Origin: Candidatus Eiseniibacteriota bacterium
GTDB lineage: Bacteria > Eisenbacteria > RBG-16-71-46 > JABDJR01
Direction: 5' to 3'
Assembly (NCBI GenBank): GCA_963762255.1
Contig: CAVXKA010000001.1
Location: 1,344,001 to 1,408,000, forward strand
DNA: 64,000 bases
Part shown: positions 14,321 to 25,104 of the stretch, piece by piece
Position numbering within the stretch: the first letter of the stretch is position 1
Layout: each line of letters starts with the position of its first letter
Made by a program: the position numbers and the translations under genes
Notes under the pieces: generated by a model
Databases searched by the model: none
What the model was told of the DNA's origin: nothing
What the model saw: the letters and a program-made list of their open reading frames with translations, nothing else

Positions 14321-14887
14321 TCAGCTCGCGGCCGGCCGCCCGATGGGAAGCACCGGGTGGCCGAGCTGCTCCTCCAGCACCTCGGCCATGGCCAGATAGA
14401 TGGCGCTGGCTCCGCATGCGATGCCCTCCCACCCCGCGATCCTGCCGATCGTCACCGAACCGCTGAAGTCACGCGCAGCGAGCAGGAAGAAGAGCACGGT
14501 GAGCGAGAGGAACACGAACTGGAGGGCGCGATTGGCGCGCAGCGTGCCGAAGAACATGAACAGGGTGAACACGCCCCATAGCGCGAGATACCAGCCCATG
14601 TACGCTTCGGGGGTCTTGTCCATCCAGGTCGTCCTCGGGCCGACGACGAGCACCACGAAGCTGAGCCAGAAAAACCCATACGACGTGAACGCGGTCAGCC
14701 CGAACGTATTGCCCTTCTTGAACTCGAGGATCCCCGCGATCACCTGAGCGATGCCTCCGTAGCAGAGGCCCATGGCCAGGACCATGGCGCTCAACGGAAA
14801 GAAACCGGCGTTGTGAATGTTGAGGAGCACGGTGGTCATGCCGAAGCCCATCAACCCGAGCGGCGCGGGATTGGCGGTCTTCTCCAA
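14321..14887 (-). CDS. satP: Acetate/succinate channel (GPR1/FUN34/YaaH)
   Basis: ANPAPLGLMGFGMTTVLLN, GNTFGLTAFTSYGFFW; probable TTG start. Confidence 0.93.
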   Translation of the reverse strand: MEKTANPAPLGLMGFGMTTVLLNIHNAGFFPLSAMVLAMGLCYGGIAQVIAGILEFKKGNTFGLTAFTSYGFFWLSFVVLVVGPRTTWMDKTPEAYMGWYLALWGVFTLFMFFGTLRANRALQFVFLSLTVLFFLLAARDFSGSVTIGRIAGWEGIACGASAIYLAMAEVLEEQLGHPVLPIGRPAAS

Positions 14888-14981
14888 GGGGACACCTTCT
14901 TTCTGGATGCGGGCGCGCACGCCCGCGGCCGTTTGCGGCGCTGGCCGGCGGTACCCCGCCGGCCCCTCGCCGCCGGAATCG

Positions 14982-16097
14982 CTACATCAAGTTCTCCGGG
15001 TTGAGCCCGTGCAGTTCCTTCGGGACGAACAACCCGTCCTTGCGGACGAGCTTCCCGTCGAAGTGGATCTCGCCCCCGCCCCACTCCGGGGTCTGGATGC
15101 AGACAATGTCCCAGTGGAGCGCCGAGTGGTTCCCGTTGGGCGCGGCGTCGTAGGAGTTTCCCGGCGTGAGATGGAAGCTACCGCGGATCTTCTCGTCGAA
15201 GAGGGTGTCGAGCATGGGCTTGGTCACATGCGGGTTCACCCCGAGAGCGAACTCCCCGAAGTAGCGGGCGCCCTCGTCGATGTCGAGTATCTCGTTCATC
15301 TTCTTTGCGTCGCCCTCGCAGGTGGCGTTGACGATCTTGCCGCTCTTGATCTCGAAGCGGAGGTTCTTGAACAGCGCCCCTTCCTCCAGGGTGCTCGTGT
15401 TGTACTGGATGACGCCGTTCATGGAGTCCCTGACGGGAGCTGTGTAGATCTCTCCGTCCGGGATGTTGATGTGGCCGTCGCACTTGACGGTGGGGATCCC
15501 CTTGATCGAGAAGCGGAGGTCGGTGCCCGGCCCCTTGATGTGCACCTGGTCCGTCTTCTCCATGAGATCGAAGAGGGGATCCATGGCCTTGCTCATCTTG
15601 GCGTAGTCGAGCGTGCAGACGCGATAGTAGAACTCGGCGAAGTCCTCGGTGGAGCGCTGGGCGAGCTGGGCCATGGCCGGGTTCGGATAGCGCATCACGC
15701 ACCACCGCTTCTTGAGCCGGACCCCGAGGTGCACGTCCTTCCAGTAGCTGTTGTTGAACCCCTTCATGCGCTCGGCGTCCACGTCGGCGAGGTCGAAGGG
15801 GTTGGTGGGGCCGCGGAGCCCGATGTACGCGTCCACCGCCTCCATGATCGGTTTGTGGAACTGCCCCCAGGCGGCGAACTGCTCGGGAGAGGCGTTCTTG
15901 ATGAAGTTGCGGCTCACCGATTCGTCATTGTAGTACCAGAAGGGCACGCCGCCGCGCAGGGTGGCGATTCGGATCAACTCGCCCCCGAGCTCGAGGGCCT
16001 CGATGCCTTTGATCTCGATGTAGATCTTCTCGCCCGGTTTGAGCTGAATGCTGTAGTCGATGAGCTGCTCGGCTAGCTTGGTGTTTCGGGGATCCAT
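14982..16097 (-). CDS. M29 family aminopeptidase
   Basis: NIPDGEIYTAP, GEFALGVNP, LFDEKIRGSFHLTPG, SALHWD. Confidence 0.93.
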   Translation of the reverse strand: MDPRNTKLAEQLIDYSIQLKPGEKIYIEIKGIEALELGGELIRIATLRGGVPFWYYNDESVSRNFIKNASPEQFAAWGQFHKPIMEAVDAYIGLRGPTNPFDLADVDAERMKGFNNSYWKDVHLGVRLKKRWCVMRYPNPAMAQLAQRSTEDFAEFYYRVCTLDYAKMSKAMDPLFDLMEKTDQVHIKGPGTDLRFSIKGIPTVKCDGHINIPDGEIYTAPVRDSMNGVIQYNTSTLEEGALFKNLRFEIKSGKIVNATCEGDAKKMNEILDIDEGARYFGEFALGVNPHVTKPMLDTLFDEKIRGSFHLTPGNSYDAAPNGNHSALHWDIVCIQTPEWGGGEIHFDGKLVRKDGLFVPKELHGLNPENLM

Positions 16098-16122
16098 GGG
16101 GTTTCCACTCCTCGGGTTGGGG

Positions 16123-16884
16123 TCAATGAGTCGGCCCGTGCGGATGCGGATGCTGGAGGATGTGCGGTTTCTCCAGACCGTGCGCGAGCATGAACGCTTC
16201 GTCGGAAAGCAACTCCACCGTCGGCCCGTCGGCGATGACCCGGCCCGCGTCGAGGACGATCGTGCGCGGACAGAGTTCGACCACCAGTTCGAGGTCGTGG
16301 GTGGCGATGATCTTGGTGGCCGGAATGGCGCGCAGGAGCGTTTTCAGCTCCCGCTTGGTGCGGGGATCGAGATCGCTGGTCGGCTCGTCCAGCGCCAGAA
16401 CGAGCGGGCGGCAGGCGAGGATGCCGGCCAGGCATACCCGCTGCTTCTCGCCGCCGCTCAGGTGATGGGGTGCGCGGTCCTCGAACCCCGTCAGCCCCAC
16501 CTGCGCCAGCGCTTCCGTCACCAGCGCGCGCACCTCGCCGTCATTCGAGCCGAACTGCTGCGGGCCGAAGGCGACGTCTTCGTAGACGGTCGGGCAAAAG
16601 AGCTGATCGTCGGGATCCTGGAACAGAAGTCCCACCCGGCGTCGGACGATATCCACCGTCGACGCAGTCACAGGGTCGCCGTGGATGAAGACGGCCGCCG
16701 GGCCCGCGAACTTCTCAGGGAGGATGCCGTTGAGGTGAAGGAGCACGGTCGATTTCCCGGCGCCGTTGGGACCGATCAGCCCCACACACTCGCCCTCGGC
16801 CACTCCGAAACTCACGTCCCGCAAAGCGTCCTTGCCGTCCGGGTATCGGAAACTCAGAGCGCGCAGCTCGACGGCGAGGCTCAT
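16123..16884 (-). CDS. cbiO: ECF transporter ATPase (CbiO/NikO)
   Basis: GPNGAGKST, FQDPDDQLF, LSGGEKQR, His-rich tail QHPHPHGPTH. Confidence 0.9.
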   Translation of the reverse strand: MSLAVELRALSFRYPDGKDALRDVSFGVAEGECVGLIGPNGAGKSTVLLHLNGILPEKFAGPAAVFIHGDPVTASTVDIVRRRVGLLFQDPDDQLFCPTVYEDVAFGPQQFGSNDGEVRALVTEALAQVGLTGFEDRAPHHLSGGEKQRVCLAGILACRPLVLALDEPTSDLDPRTKRELKTLLRAIPATKIIATHDLELVVELCPRTIVLDAGRVIADGPTVELLSDEAFMLAHGLEKPHILQHPHPHGPTH

Positions 16885-17492
16885 TGCCACCCTCGAGCGC
16901 GCATCGCCGCGTAGACCCTCTCGCCGCGCACCGACGAGCGCACGAAGAGTTGAGCGGTCACCGATGCCAAAGACTGCCACGCCTGCCGGCGAGAGCGAGC
17001 GAAGGTGCGGCTCGCCCGCGCTCGCTTCAATCGCCCCGCCTCGTCCACCAGCACGAACAGGTAGCGAACCATGAGCGCGATCACCGTGACGAGGAGCGAG
17101 GGTACGCGCATCCTCCGCATGAAGCGGAGAAGATCCGAGACCGGCGTCACCGCGGCGAGGAGGACCATGGCGAAGAGGCAGATGGTGCTCTTGGCCAGGA
17201 CGCCGAGGAAGATCACGACACCGTGCGGCTGGAAGAGGCTCAGGAGCGCCACTCCCAGCACGAACGGCTCCAGGAGCAGGACGCGGCGGGCGAGGAAGGC
17301 GGCGGGGACGCGACTCAACGCGGCCGCGGCGAGGAGCAGCACCGCGGTCACGCCCAGCGGCCACACGCGGCCGAATGGAGTCAGCACCACCGCAAGGATC
17401 GCCGCCACCGCACCGGCAAGCTTGATCCCGGTGCGAAGCCGATGCACAGGGCTCGAGAGCCGGGCGGTGTGTTCGAAGAGGACAGAGCGCAT
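16881..17492 (-). CDS. cbiQ: ECF transporter transmembrane T component (CbiQ/NikQ)
   Basis: SPVHRL, RYLFVL, RARASR, AMRARG motifs; overlaps cbiO start. Confidence 0.9.
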   Translation of the reverse strand: MRSVLFEHTARLSSPVHRLRTGIKLAGAVAAILAVVLTPFGRVWPLGVTAVLLLAAAALSRVPAAFLARRVLLLEPFVLGVALLSLFQPHGVVIFLGVLAKSTICLFAMVLLAAVTPVSDLLRFMRRMRVPSLLVTVIALMVRYLFVLVDEAGRLKRARASRTFARSRRQAWQSLASVTAQLFVRSSVRGERVYAAMRARGWQ

Positions 17493-17502
17493 GATCGGTC
17501 TC

Positions 17503-18462
17503 TCAGCTCTTGGGCAGCGACGCCCGCGATCGCGCCGTTCCCGGGACGAGGATTCGAGCGAGAGCGAACGCGAGTCCGAAGGCGATCACCGTTCCGATGG
17601 CCCCCGCGAGCGCGGTCGCCATCGCGGCAGATTCGATACCGCCCAGCCGATAGTCGGCCCAAGGAGAGAGCGCCGGCGACACACTCGCCGCACGGTGCTC
17701 GAATCCGAGCTTGCCTGCGACCCGCTCCAGTCCGTCGGGCCACGCCGAGGCGAAGGGAGCCACGAAGAGCGCGAGGCCGACCGCGAGCAGGGACCCATAT
17801 GCGATCGCATCGCGATAGCCAGGGCGGGCAGTCGCGGAATCGTCCAGCAGCTCCGGCCGAGTGCGGCCGACCGCGGCGATGACGAGGGTGGTGATGAGCC
17901 CCTCGCCAAGCCCGATCAGCATGTGCACGTTGGCCATGGCGGGGAAGGCGGCCGACCAGGCGACGGTGCCGGACCACGCGAGTTCGCCCGCACAGAGCAC
18001 GGCAGCGAGTACGGTCGAGCACCAGGCGGCGAAGAACACGGCGAGGAAGCGGCCGCGCTCGCCTCGGAGCGTCCCGCGCACGGTGCGATAGACCGCGTAG
18101 CCGAAGAGCGGCGCCGCAACCGCCATGTTGAGGATGTTCGCACCCAACGCGAGCAGGCCGCCGTCGGCGAAGAGGAGGCACTGCACGATGAGCACCGCGG
18201 TCATGACGACGACGGCGGCGCTGGGGCCGAGGAGCACCGCCACCAGCACGCCGCCCATCAGGTGGCCCGACGTTCCTCCGGCTACGGGAAAGTTCAGCAT
18301 TTGCGCCGCGAACACGAAGGCGGCGGTGAGGCCCATCAGGGGAACGCGTCGCGGCGGCACTGTGCGACGGGCCTGGCGGAGGGCGTAACCCACCCCCGCC
18401 ACCGAAAGCCCGGCGGCGGTGGCCGCCGTTCGAGCGTCCAGAAAGCCGTCCGGAATGTGCAT
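17503..18462 (-). CDS. cbiM: Ni/Co ECF substrate component fused to PDGLE domain (CbiM/NikMN)
   Basis: N-terminal metal-binding MHIPDGFL, GTSGHL, C-terminal ASAWPDGLE. Confidence 0.92.
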   Translation of the reverse strand: MHIPDGFLDARTAATAAGLSVAGVGYALRQARRTVPPRRVPLMGLTAAFVFAAQMLNFPVAGGTSGHLMGGVLVAVLLGPSAAVVVMTAVLIVQCLLFADGGLLALGANILNMAVAAPLFGYAVYRTVRGTLRGERGRFLAVFFAAWCSTVLAAVLCAGELAWSGTVAWSAAFPAMANVHMLIGLGEGLITTLVIAAVGRTRPELLDDSATARPGYRDAIAYGSLLAVGLALFVAPFASAWPDGLERVAGKLGFEHRAASVSPALSPWADYRLGGIESAAMATALAGAIGTVIAFGLAFALARILVPGTARSRASLPKS

Positions 18463-18492
18463 CGTTCGCCCCCCGTCCCCTCGCAGTCACGC

Positions 18493-18540
18493 CCCGCAGC
18501 GCACCCGCAGCGCACCCGCAGCCCCCCGCGGCGCCCCGCG
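18493..18540. repeat. Degenerate 11-bp tandem repeat CCCGCAGCGCA (2 exact, 2 degenerate copies)
   Basis: Visible directly in the leader of cbiM/nikMN. Confidence 0.55.
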
Positions 18541-18641
18541 AGCCCGAGGAGAATACACCACGGGATGGGCAATTGCCCCGCCATCGAGTACCGTATCCGT
18601 ACCCCCATGCCGAGCGGTTCTTCCGGAACCAGGAGGCATAC

Positions 18642-19688
18642 GTGAGACTGAGTGTAGTGATTGCCCTCGCGGGGGTCGTGTTGGCCGCCCTCGTCGGCCT
18701 GTCACCCGCCTGGGCACAAGGACGGATGTTCGAAAACGGGCTCATGCCGGCTGTGCCGGTACCGCCCGACAACCCGCAAACCGACGCCAAGGTCAGGCTC
18801 GGCGCGCAGCTCTATTTCGATACGCGGCTCTCGGCGGACAACACGATCAGTTGTGCGACGTGCCACGATCCTCGCACCGGATGGGCCAACCCGCACGCGA
18901 CCGATACAGGGATCCGCGGGCAAGTGGGTGGCCGCAATTCGGGAACGGTGATCAACGCCGGTCACATGCGGTTCCAGTTCTGGGACGGCCGCGAGCCTTC
19001 GCTCGAAGGGCAGGCGGTAGGCCCCATCCACAACCCGATCGAGATGGGCGAGACCCACGAGAACGTGGTGCGCAAGCTCAACGAGATGCCGGGCTACCGC
19101 GAGCAGTTCCAGACGGTGTTCGGCCGTGACGCCGACATCGACGGCATCGCCAAGGCCATCGCCGCGTTCGAGCGCACCATCGTCTCCGGGCCGTCGCCGT
19201 ACGACCTCTACGTGATGGGCGACAAGACCGCGATGAGCAAGGCCGCGGTGCGCGGTCTGCACCTCTTCAACGGCAAGGGCCACTGCACGCCGTGCCACAG
19301 CGGCCCGATGTTCTCCGACCAGTCCTTCCACAACCTGGGTGTGGGCATGGACGCGGAGAAGCCCGATCTGGGTCGTTTCGACAAGACCAAGGACCCGGCC
19401 GACTCCGGCCGGTTCAAGACGCCGACGCTGCGCAACATCGCGCAGACTCCGCCCTACCTGCACGACGGCTCGGCCAAGACGCTCATGGACGTGATCGACG
19501 TCTACAACATGGGCGGCACGCCCAACGCGTACCTCGATCCGCTGGTGCTCCCGCTGAACCTCACGGCGCGCGAGAAGGCCGACCTGGTGGCGTTCATGGA
19601 GGCGCTGACCGGTCCCGTGCCCGAGGTGAAGATACCGACCTTCCCCGAAGGCCAGCCCAACGCCGATCCGAAGGGAGGCCTGCGATGA
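18642..19688 (+). CDS. Diheme cytochrome c peroxidase/MauG superfamily protein
   Basis: AGGAGG RBS and GTG start, signal peptide, CATCH, QFWDGR, CTPCH, FKTPTLRN, PYLHDG, TLMDVIDVYNMGG. Confidence 0.92.
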   Translation: MRLSVVIALAGVVLAALVGLSPAWAQGRMFENGLMPAVPVPPDNPQTDAKVRLGAQLYFDTRLSADNTISCATCHDPRTGWANPHATDTGIRGQVGGRNSGTVINAGHMRFQFWDGREPSLEGQAVGPIHNPIEMGETHENVVRKLNEMPGYREQFQTVFGRDADIDGIAKAIAAFERTIVSGPSPYDLYVMGDKTAMSKAAVRGLHLFNGKGHCTPCHSGPMFSDQSFHNLGVGMDAEKPDLGRFDKTKDPADSGRFKTPTLRNIAQTPPYLHDGSAKTLMDVIDVYNMGGTPNAYLDPLVLPLNLTAREKADLVAFMEALTGPVPEVKIPTFPEGQPNADPKGGLR

Positions 19689-20948
19689 AGACCCGCGGCA
19701 TCTTGATCTGCTCGTTCCTGGCCGTGGTCGCGGCGACCTTGTGGGCGCAGTCGGCGCTCGCGGTGCCGGTGTTCGCGCGCAAGTACGGGTTCAACTGCAC
19801 GATGTGCCACTCGAACGTGCCGCGCCTGAACGATTTCGGTCAGCGCTATCGCATGAACGGGTACCGCCTGCCGGGGCTCGTGAACGAAGAGAAGACGGTG
19901 CTGGAGACACCGGCGCCGGTGGCGTTCCGCACCAACGCCGGGTACTCGATGGAGCACCTGGGCTCCGTGGCGGAGTACTACTACGGAACCGAAACCGAAC
20001 ACGGCTTCATCAAGGCCGGCAACGAGAGTGACTTTCGCCTGAACGGGCTGGACATCCTCTCCGCCGGGCTTCTGGGACCGCGCATCGGCTACTCTCATGG
20101 TCTACGTGCCGCCGATCTCGGCCGCGCGCGGGCTGGCCGAGCAGGAGGGTACGCTGGAGATGGCGAGCCTCGTGCTGAGCGACCTGGCCGGAAGCTGGCT
20201 CAATGCGCGGGTGGGTCGCTTCGAGCCCGCCTACGTGCCGTTCAGCGTGAAACGCCAGCTCAGCGTGGCGCCGTACGAGGTCTACGATCTCGCGTTCCCC
20301 GGCGGACCGGCGCTCTCCGAGGTGCAGTCCGGCATCGAGTTGAGCGGGTATGGCCCGCAACGCTTCCAGTACGCGGCGGGGTGGGTCGACGGCTCCGCCA
20401 CCAACGCGCCCGACGATACGCCCGCCGACTTCTACGGTCGGGCCGCCTACGTGATCAATCCCGGCGAGGGGCAGACGGTGGGGCAGCGGTTGGGGGTGAT
20501 CGGGTACCTGGGGAGTGCGCGACCGATGAGCGGAACCGACACGCGAGAAGTTCTCCCGGTCTCGGCGTGGACGCCAGCCTCAACGTCGCGATGGCCAACC
20601 TGGCGCTGCAGTATCTGTGGGCGGCAGACGACAAGATGCTTTGGGGCGCCGACGAGAACGTCGATTACTCGGGCGGATTCGCCGAGCTGAGCGTGCTACC
20701 CATGGTCAATCTGGTGGGGTTCGCGCGGCTGGACTTGATCAACCAGTGCGAGGACTACGGGTTCGACGTGAACCGCTACACGGTGGGTGGTCGCTACTAC
20801 CTGGAGGACAATGTCGCCGTTCACGCCGAGTACTCGTACCGGATGGTAAAGGATGCCGTTGTGAGCCCTGTCGGAACTTCCGTCGTCGAGATCCGGGGGG
20901 ACGCCATCAGTTCGTCGCTTCACCGCGCGACTGGATTTCGTGTTCTAG
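19685..20948 (+). CDS. Outer-membrane beta-barrel with N-terminal monoheme CxxCH; frameshifted (about 20095, 20560, 20910)
   Basis: Signal peptide, VPVFARKYGFNCTMCH...LNDFGQRYRMNGY, alternating beta-strand segments, terminal ...RLDFVF*; ATGA overlap with the peroxidase gene. Confidence 0.72.
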
Positions 20949-20958
20949 GGAAATGAGG

Positions 20959-20987
20959 CCGGGGGGCGGCGCAAGCCGTCCCCCCGG
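20959..20987 (+). terminator. GC-rich hairpin with GCAA loop
   Basis: CCGGGGGGCGGC-GCAA-GCCGTCCCCCCGG directly after the barrel gene; weak U tail. Confidence 0.55.
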
Positions 20988-20998
20988 ATTGAAACCCG

Positions 20999-23976
20999 AT
21001 GATCGGCCGCACGATCTCCCATTACCGCATTCTGGAGAAGCTGGGCGAAGGGGGGATGGGCGTTGTCTATCGGGCCGAGGATACGACTCTCAAGCGCGCG
21101 GTCGCGCTCAAGTTCATCTCGACTCGGGCCCTGGTGGATGAGACCGCCCGGGCCCGCTTTGTTCACGAGGCCCAGGCCGCCGCCGCTCTGGATCATCCCA
21201 ACATCGGCACGATCCACGAGATCGGGGAAGCGGACGGGCAGCTCTTCATCGTGATGGCTCTCGTCGAGGGACAGAGCCTCGGCGAGCGGATCGCGGAAGG
21301 TCCACTGCCGCTGGCGACGGCGCTCGACATCGCCCTCCAGGTGGCCGAAGGCCTCGAAGCCGCCCACGCCCGCGGCATCGTCCATCGGGACATCAAACCC
21401 GCCAACATCCTGCTGACGTCACGCGGACAGGCGAAGATCATGGACTTCGGCCTCGCCGCGTCCCCGGAGCTGACGCAGCTCACGCAACCGGGGACGACGT
21501 TGGGCACGGTCGCCTACATGTCGCCGGAGCAGGCGCGCGGGCAATCGGCGGATGGCCGCAGTGACCTCTGGGCGCTCGGGGTCGTGCTGCACGAGATGCT
21601 CACCGGCGGGCGGCCCTTCCGAGGCGACGGCGAGCAGGCCGTGCTGCGCGCGGTGCTCAACGACCCGCCGCCTCCGGTGACCGGCTTGCGCGCGGGGATC
21701 CCGATCGAGATCGACCGTATCCTGGAGAAGGCGCTGGCCAAGGACCCTCGCGAGCGCTACCAGCACGCGGACGAGCTCCTGGCCGACCTGCGCCGCGTGA
21801 AGCGGCAGATCGAGAGCGGGGTGGCGGCGACGGTGCCGCTCGGCGCCACCGGAGCGCAACGCGGACGGCGGTGGCCGAGGATCGCGCTTCCCATGGCGGT
21901 GGTGATCGTGGCGGCGGCGCTTTTCGCGACGCGCCCGCTCTTCTGCGACCGGGAGGCGCTGGCGAGCCCGGTGCCGATCGCGGTGATCGGCTTCGTGAAC
22001 CAGACCGGCGACAGCACCTACGACTACCTGCAGGCGGCGATCCCCAACCTGCTCATCACGAGCCTCGAGCGATCGCGGTTCCTGCGCGTGGCGACCTGGG
22101 AACGCATGCAGGATCTGTTGCGCCAGTCGGGGCGGCCGGCGATAGAAGTGATCGACAAGGATACCGGCTTCGAGCTCTGCCGCATGGACGGCATTCAGAC
22201 CGTGGTGCTGGGCACCATCACCCGGGCCGGCGACACCTTCGCCACCGACGTCAAGGTGCTCGACGTGGGCACCAAGGAGCTCCTCGCCGGGGCGAGCGCA
22301 CGCGGCAAGGGGGTCGAGAGCATCCTCGAGTCGCAGATCGACCGCTTGAGCCGCGACATCTGCAACGCGGCCGGGATTGAGCGAACGTCGGGCGGCCCCC
22401 ACCGAGGCCCCGGTGGCGGGCGTGACCACCGCCTCGATGGGCGCCTACGACCTCTTCCTGCGCGGCAAGGAGGCCTACTGGAAGACGTACCACGCTGAGG
22501 CCCGCGAGGTCCTCCGGCAGTCCGTTCAACAGGATTCCACCTTCGCGGTGGCGTGGCTCTACCTCGGCCGAGTGTACGCCGCCCTGCAGCGCGAGCGCGA
22601 GCGTGACGACGCCTACCGCACCGCCATGCGTCTGGTCTCCCGGGCCGCGGAGAAGGACCGCCTCTACATCGAGGCCGCCTACGCGGCCACGGTGGAGAAG
22701 GACACCGCCAAGCAGGTAGCGCATCCTTCGCGAGCTGGTTCGTCGATACCCCGGGGAAAAGGAGGCGCACCAGGCGCTGGGCCTCTGCTTCAGAGGCCAG
22801 GGGCTGTACCGGGAGGAAATCCCCCAGTACGAGGCCGCCCTGGCGTTGGACCCGCAGTTCGCCGCGGTGCTCAACACCATGGCCTACGCCCACGCGCGGC
22901 TGGGGGAGATGGAGCAGGCGGAGGCGTACCTGAACCGGTACGCGGCGGCCGCGCCCGGGGATGCCAACCCCTTCGATTCCATGGGTGAGCTCTGCTTCGA
23001 CATGGGAGATCTGGATCGCTCGCGCGCGAACTTCGAGCGCGCGTTGGCGGTGCGTCCCGATTTCAATTCGCACGTCAAGCTCGCCTATCTCGCGGCGCTG
23101 CGACGAGGACTACGATGGGGCGGCCGTAAGTCCTGTCCCGGCGGCTTGCGCTGTCGGGGGATCCTCGCGACATGGTGAACACCCGGTGGTGGCAGGCGTT
23201 CTACATGTTCTGGCAGGGCCGGCGTCGGGAGAGCCTCGACGCCTACGACGAATTGGTCCGGCAGTCCGAGGCGTCGGGGATGCCCTGGATCGCGACCTCC
23301 GCAGGGTGGGGGGCCGGGATCGTCGAGATCGCGCGCGGGGACATCGCCGACGCTCGCGTGCGTTGCGCCGATCTGGACGCCTACAGCCGGACGGTGGCCG
23401 CCGATCGGCAACCCGGTGTCCGGATCCGGGTGGAGTACTTCCGCCTTCTCGTCGAGCTCCGCGCCGGGGACCTGGATTCCGCCCGCGTTGCGCTCGCGCG
23501 CGCGGAGCAGTTCTACGCCGCGTGTTCTTCCCGGCGACCACGAGACGGCCGTCGCGTTCCTGGACGCGATGCGAGGCGAGTTGCTGCTGGCGGAAGGCAA
23601 GCTTGCGGACGCCACGTCGGTGTTCGTTCGCTGCAATGAACCCGAGTTCCTCATGACCGACCTGATGCGAGGGGCCCTGTTCAACGTGTCGTACCCCGTC
23701 GATGGGCTTGCTCGCACCTACCTGGCGCAGGGGAAGCGGGACGCCGCCATCGCGGAATACGAACGGCTGGTCTCGCCCGATCCCAACCAGCGCGCTCGTC
23801 TGTTGATCCGTCCGCTGGACCGCTATCGCCTCGGGGTGCTCTACCAGGAAGCGGGAGAGAACAAGAAAGCGGTCGAGCAATTCGACCGCTTCCTCGCGAT
23901 CTGGAAGGACGCCGATCCCGATATCCCGGAATTAGCCGACGCCAGGGCCCGGCGCGCCGCGCCGGCGGGCAGGTGA
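20999..23976 (+). CDS. Hanks-type Ser/Thr kinase with TM, TolB-like/FlgO domain and TPR repeats; several frameshifts after about 22380
   Basis: [31 protein letters not shown]; TPR fragments in ORFs 22377, 22846, 23172, 23416 ending WKDADPDIPEL. Confidence 0.88.
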
Positions 23977-23990
23977 TCGAAGCCGCTTTC

Positions 23991-24501
23991 TTACAGGCTG
24001 TCCCCCACGTCGTTTCGAGGAAGTAACCATGCGGTGATCGCGGTGTCGCCGGAGGTGAACCAGACATCCATCGGAGGGGTGGTCTGGAAGGCGACCTGGG
24101 GGCTGGCGGAGAGCGATCTCCTCGCAGCATTCCCTCACCGTCGATCCCTACCGTGCGTGACGTGGCGCACTGTGGTGGCCGACCCAGAATCCGGTCAGGA
24201 AGATCGCGGTCTGGACGAAGACGGCGGCGGCGGCGGGAATCGGGGAGCGCCACCAGGGTCTGACCCGCGACGGGCGGCGATTCCCGGCCTGCGTCTCCAG
24301 GAGCTGCATCAGCACCCGCGCCGGCGGGTCGGGGAGCGCGGATTCGCGGAAGCGCGCGATCGCCCCCTCCATCGCGCGAATCGTCTCGCCGCACGCCGGG
24401 CACGCCGCGGCGTGAGACTCCACTTCTGTACGACCCGCGGGATCGAGTTCGTCCAGCACGTAGGCGATCAGGACGTCTTCGACAACATGATGTTCGCTCA
24501 T
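23991..24501 (-). CDS. zf-HC2 anti-sigma factor (3' part frameshifted; uninterrupted frame stops at 24148)
   Basis: LIAYVLDELD...VESHAAACPAC (HxxxCxxC) followed by a TM helix; directly downstream of the ECF sigma. Confidence 0.75.
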
Positions 24502-25086
24502 GGCTGTTTCTCCTTGCTCGGACAAACTCGTAGCGGGGTGAAGCCGCTCTCACCCACGATCCGCTGGACACGCTTCATGGCATGGTGGACACGAGAGCGT
24601 AGAGTCCCTTCGGGCTCTCCGCAGATGGCCGACATCTCGCGATAGGAACGATCTTCGTGAATCCTGAGAAAAAACGCCTGCGCATAGGCCGGCGGCAGGT
24701 CCGATAGCGCCGACTCCACGACCTCGAGGAGATCCTTGTGATCTACGGCATGTCTCGGGCTCTTCCGCCGGCCGCCGCGTGGCATCCAGCACGGCCGACG
24801 ACAGTTCGTCATGCCGCCGCTGCGCGCGCCGACGGTCATATGCGATTCGGGTGGCGACGGTGAAGAGCCACGAGCGGAATCGCCCGCGTCCGGTGTACTG
24901 GCCACGTCCCTGCAAGATCCGCAGGTAGGTCTCGTGCAGGACGTCCTCCGCCTCCGCGCGCTCCCGGAGCATCCGCTCGAGATACGAGAGGAGGGCCGGA
25001 GCGTGACGGCGATACAGTTCGGCCAGCGCTCGGGGATCGCCCCCGCGGCTGCGTATCACCAGGAGATCGTCGTCCGTCTCGTCCAC
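24498..25086 (-). CDS. ECF RNA polymerase sigma-70 factor; frameshift near 24750
   Basis: Region 2 [11 protein letters not shown]...FRSWLFTVA; region 4 [23 protein letters not shown] in the adjacent frame. Confidence 0.88.
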
Positions 25087-25104
25087 GCTGATCGTTTGCG
25101 GCCG

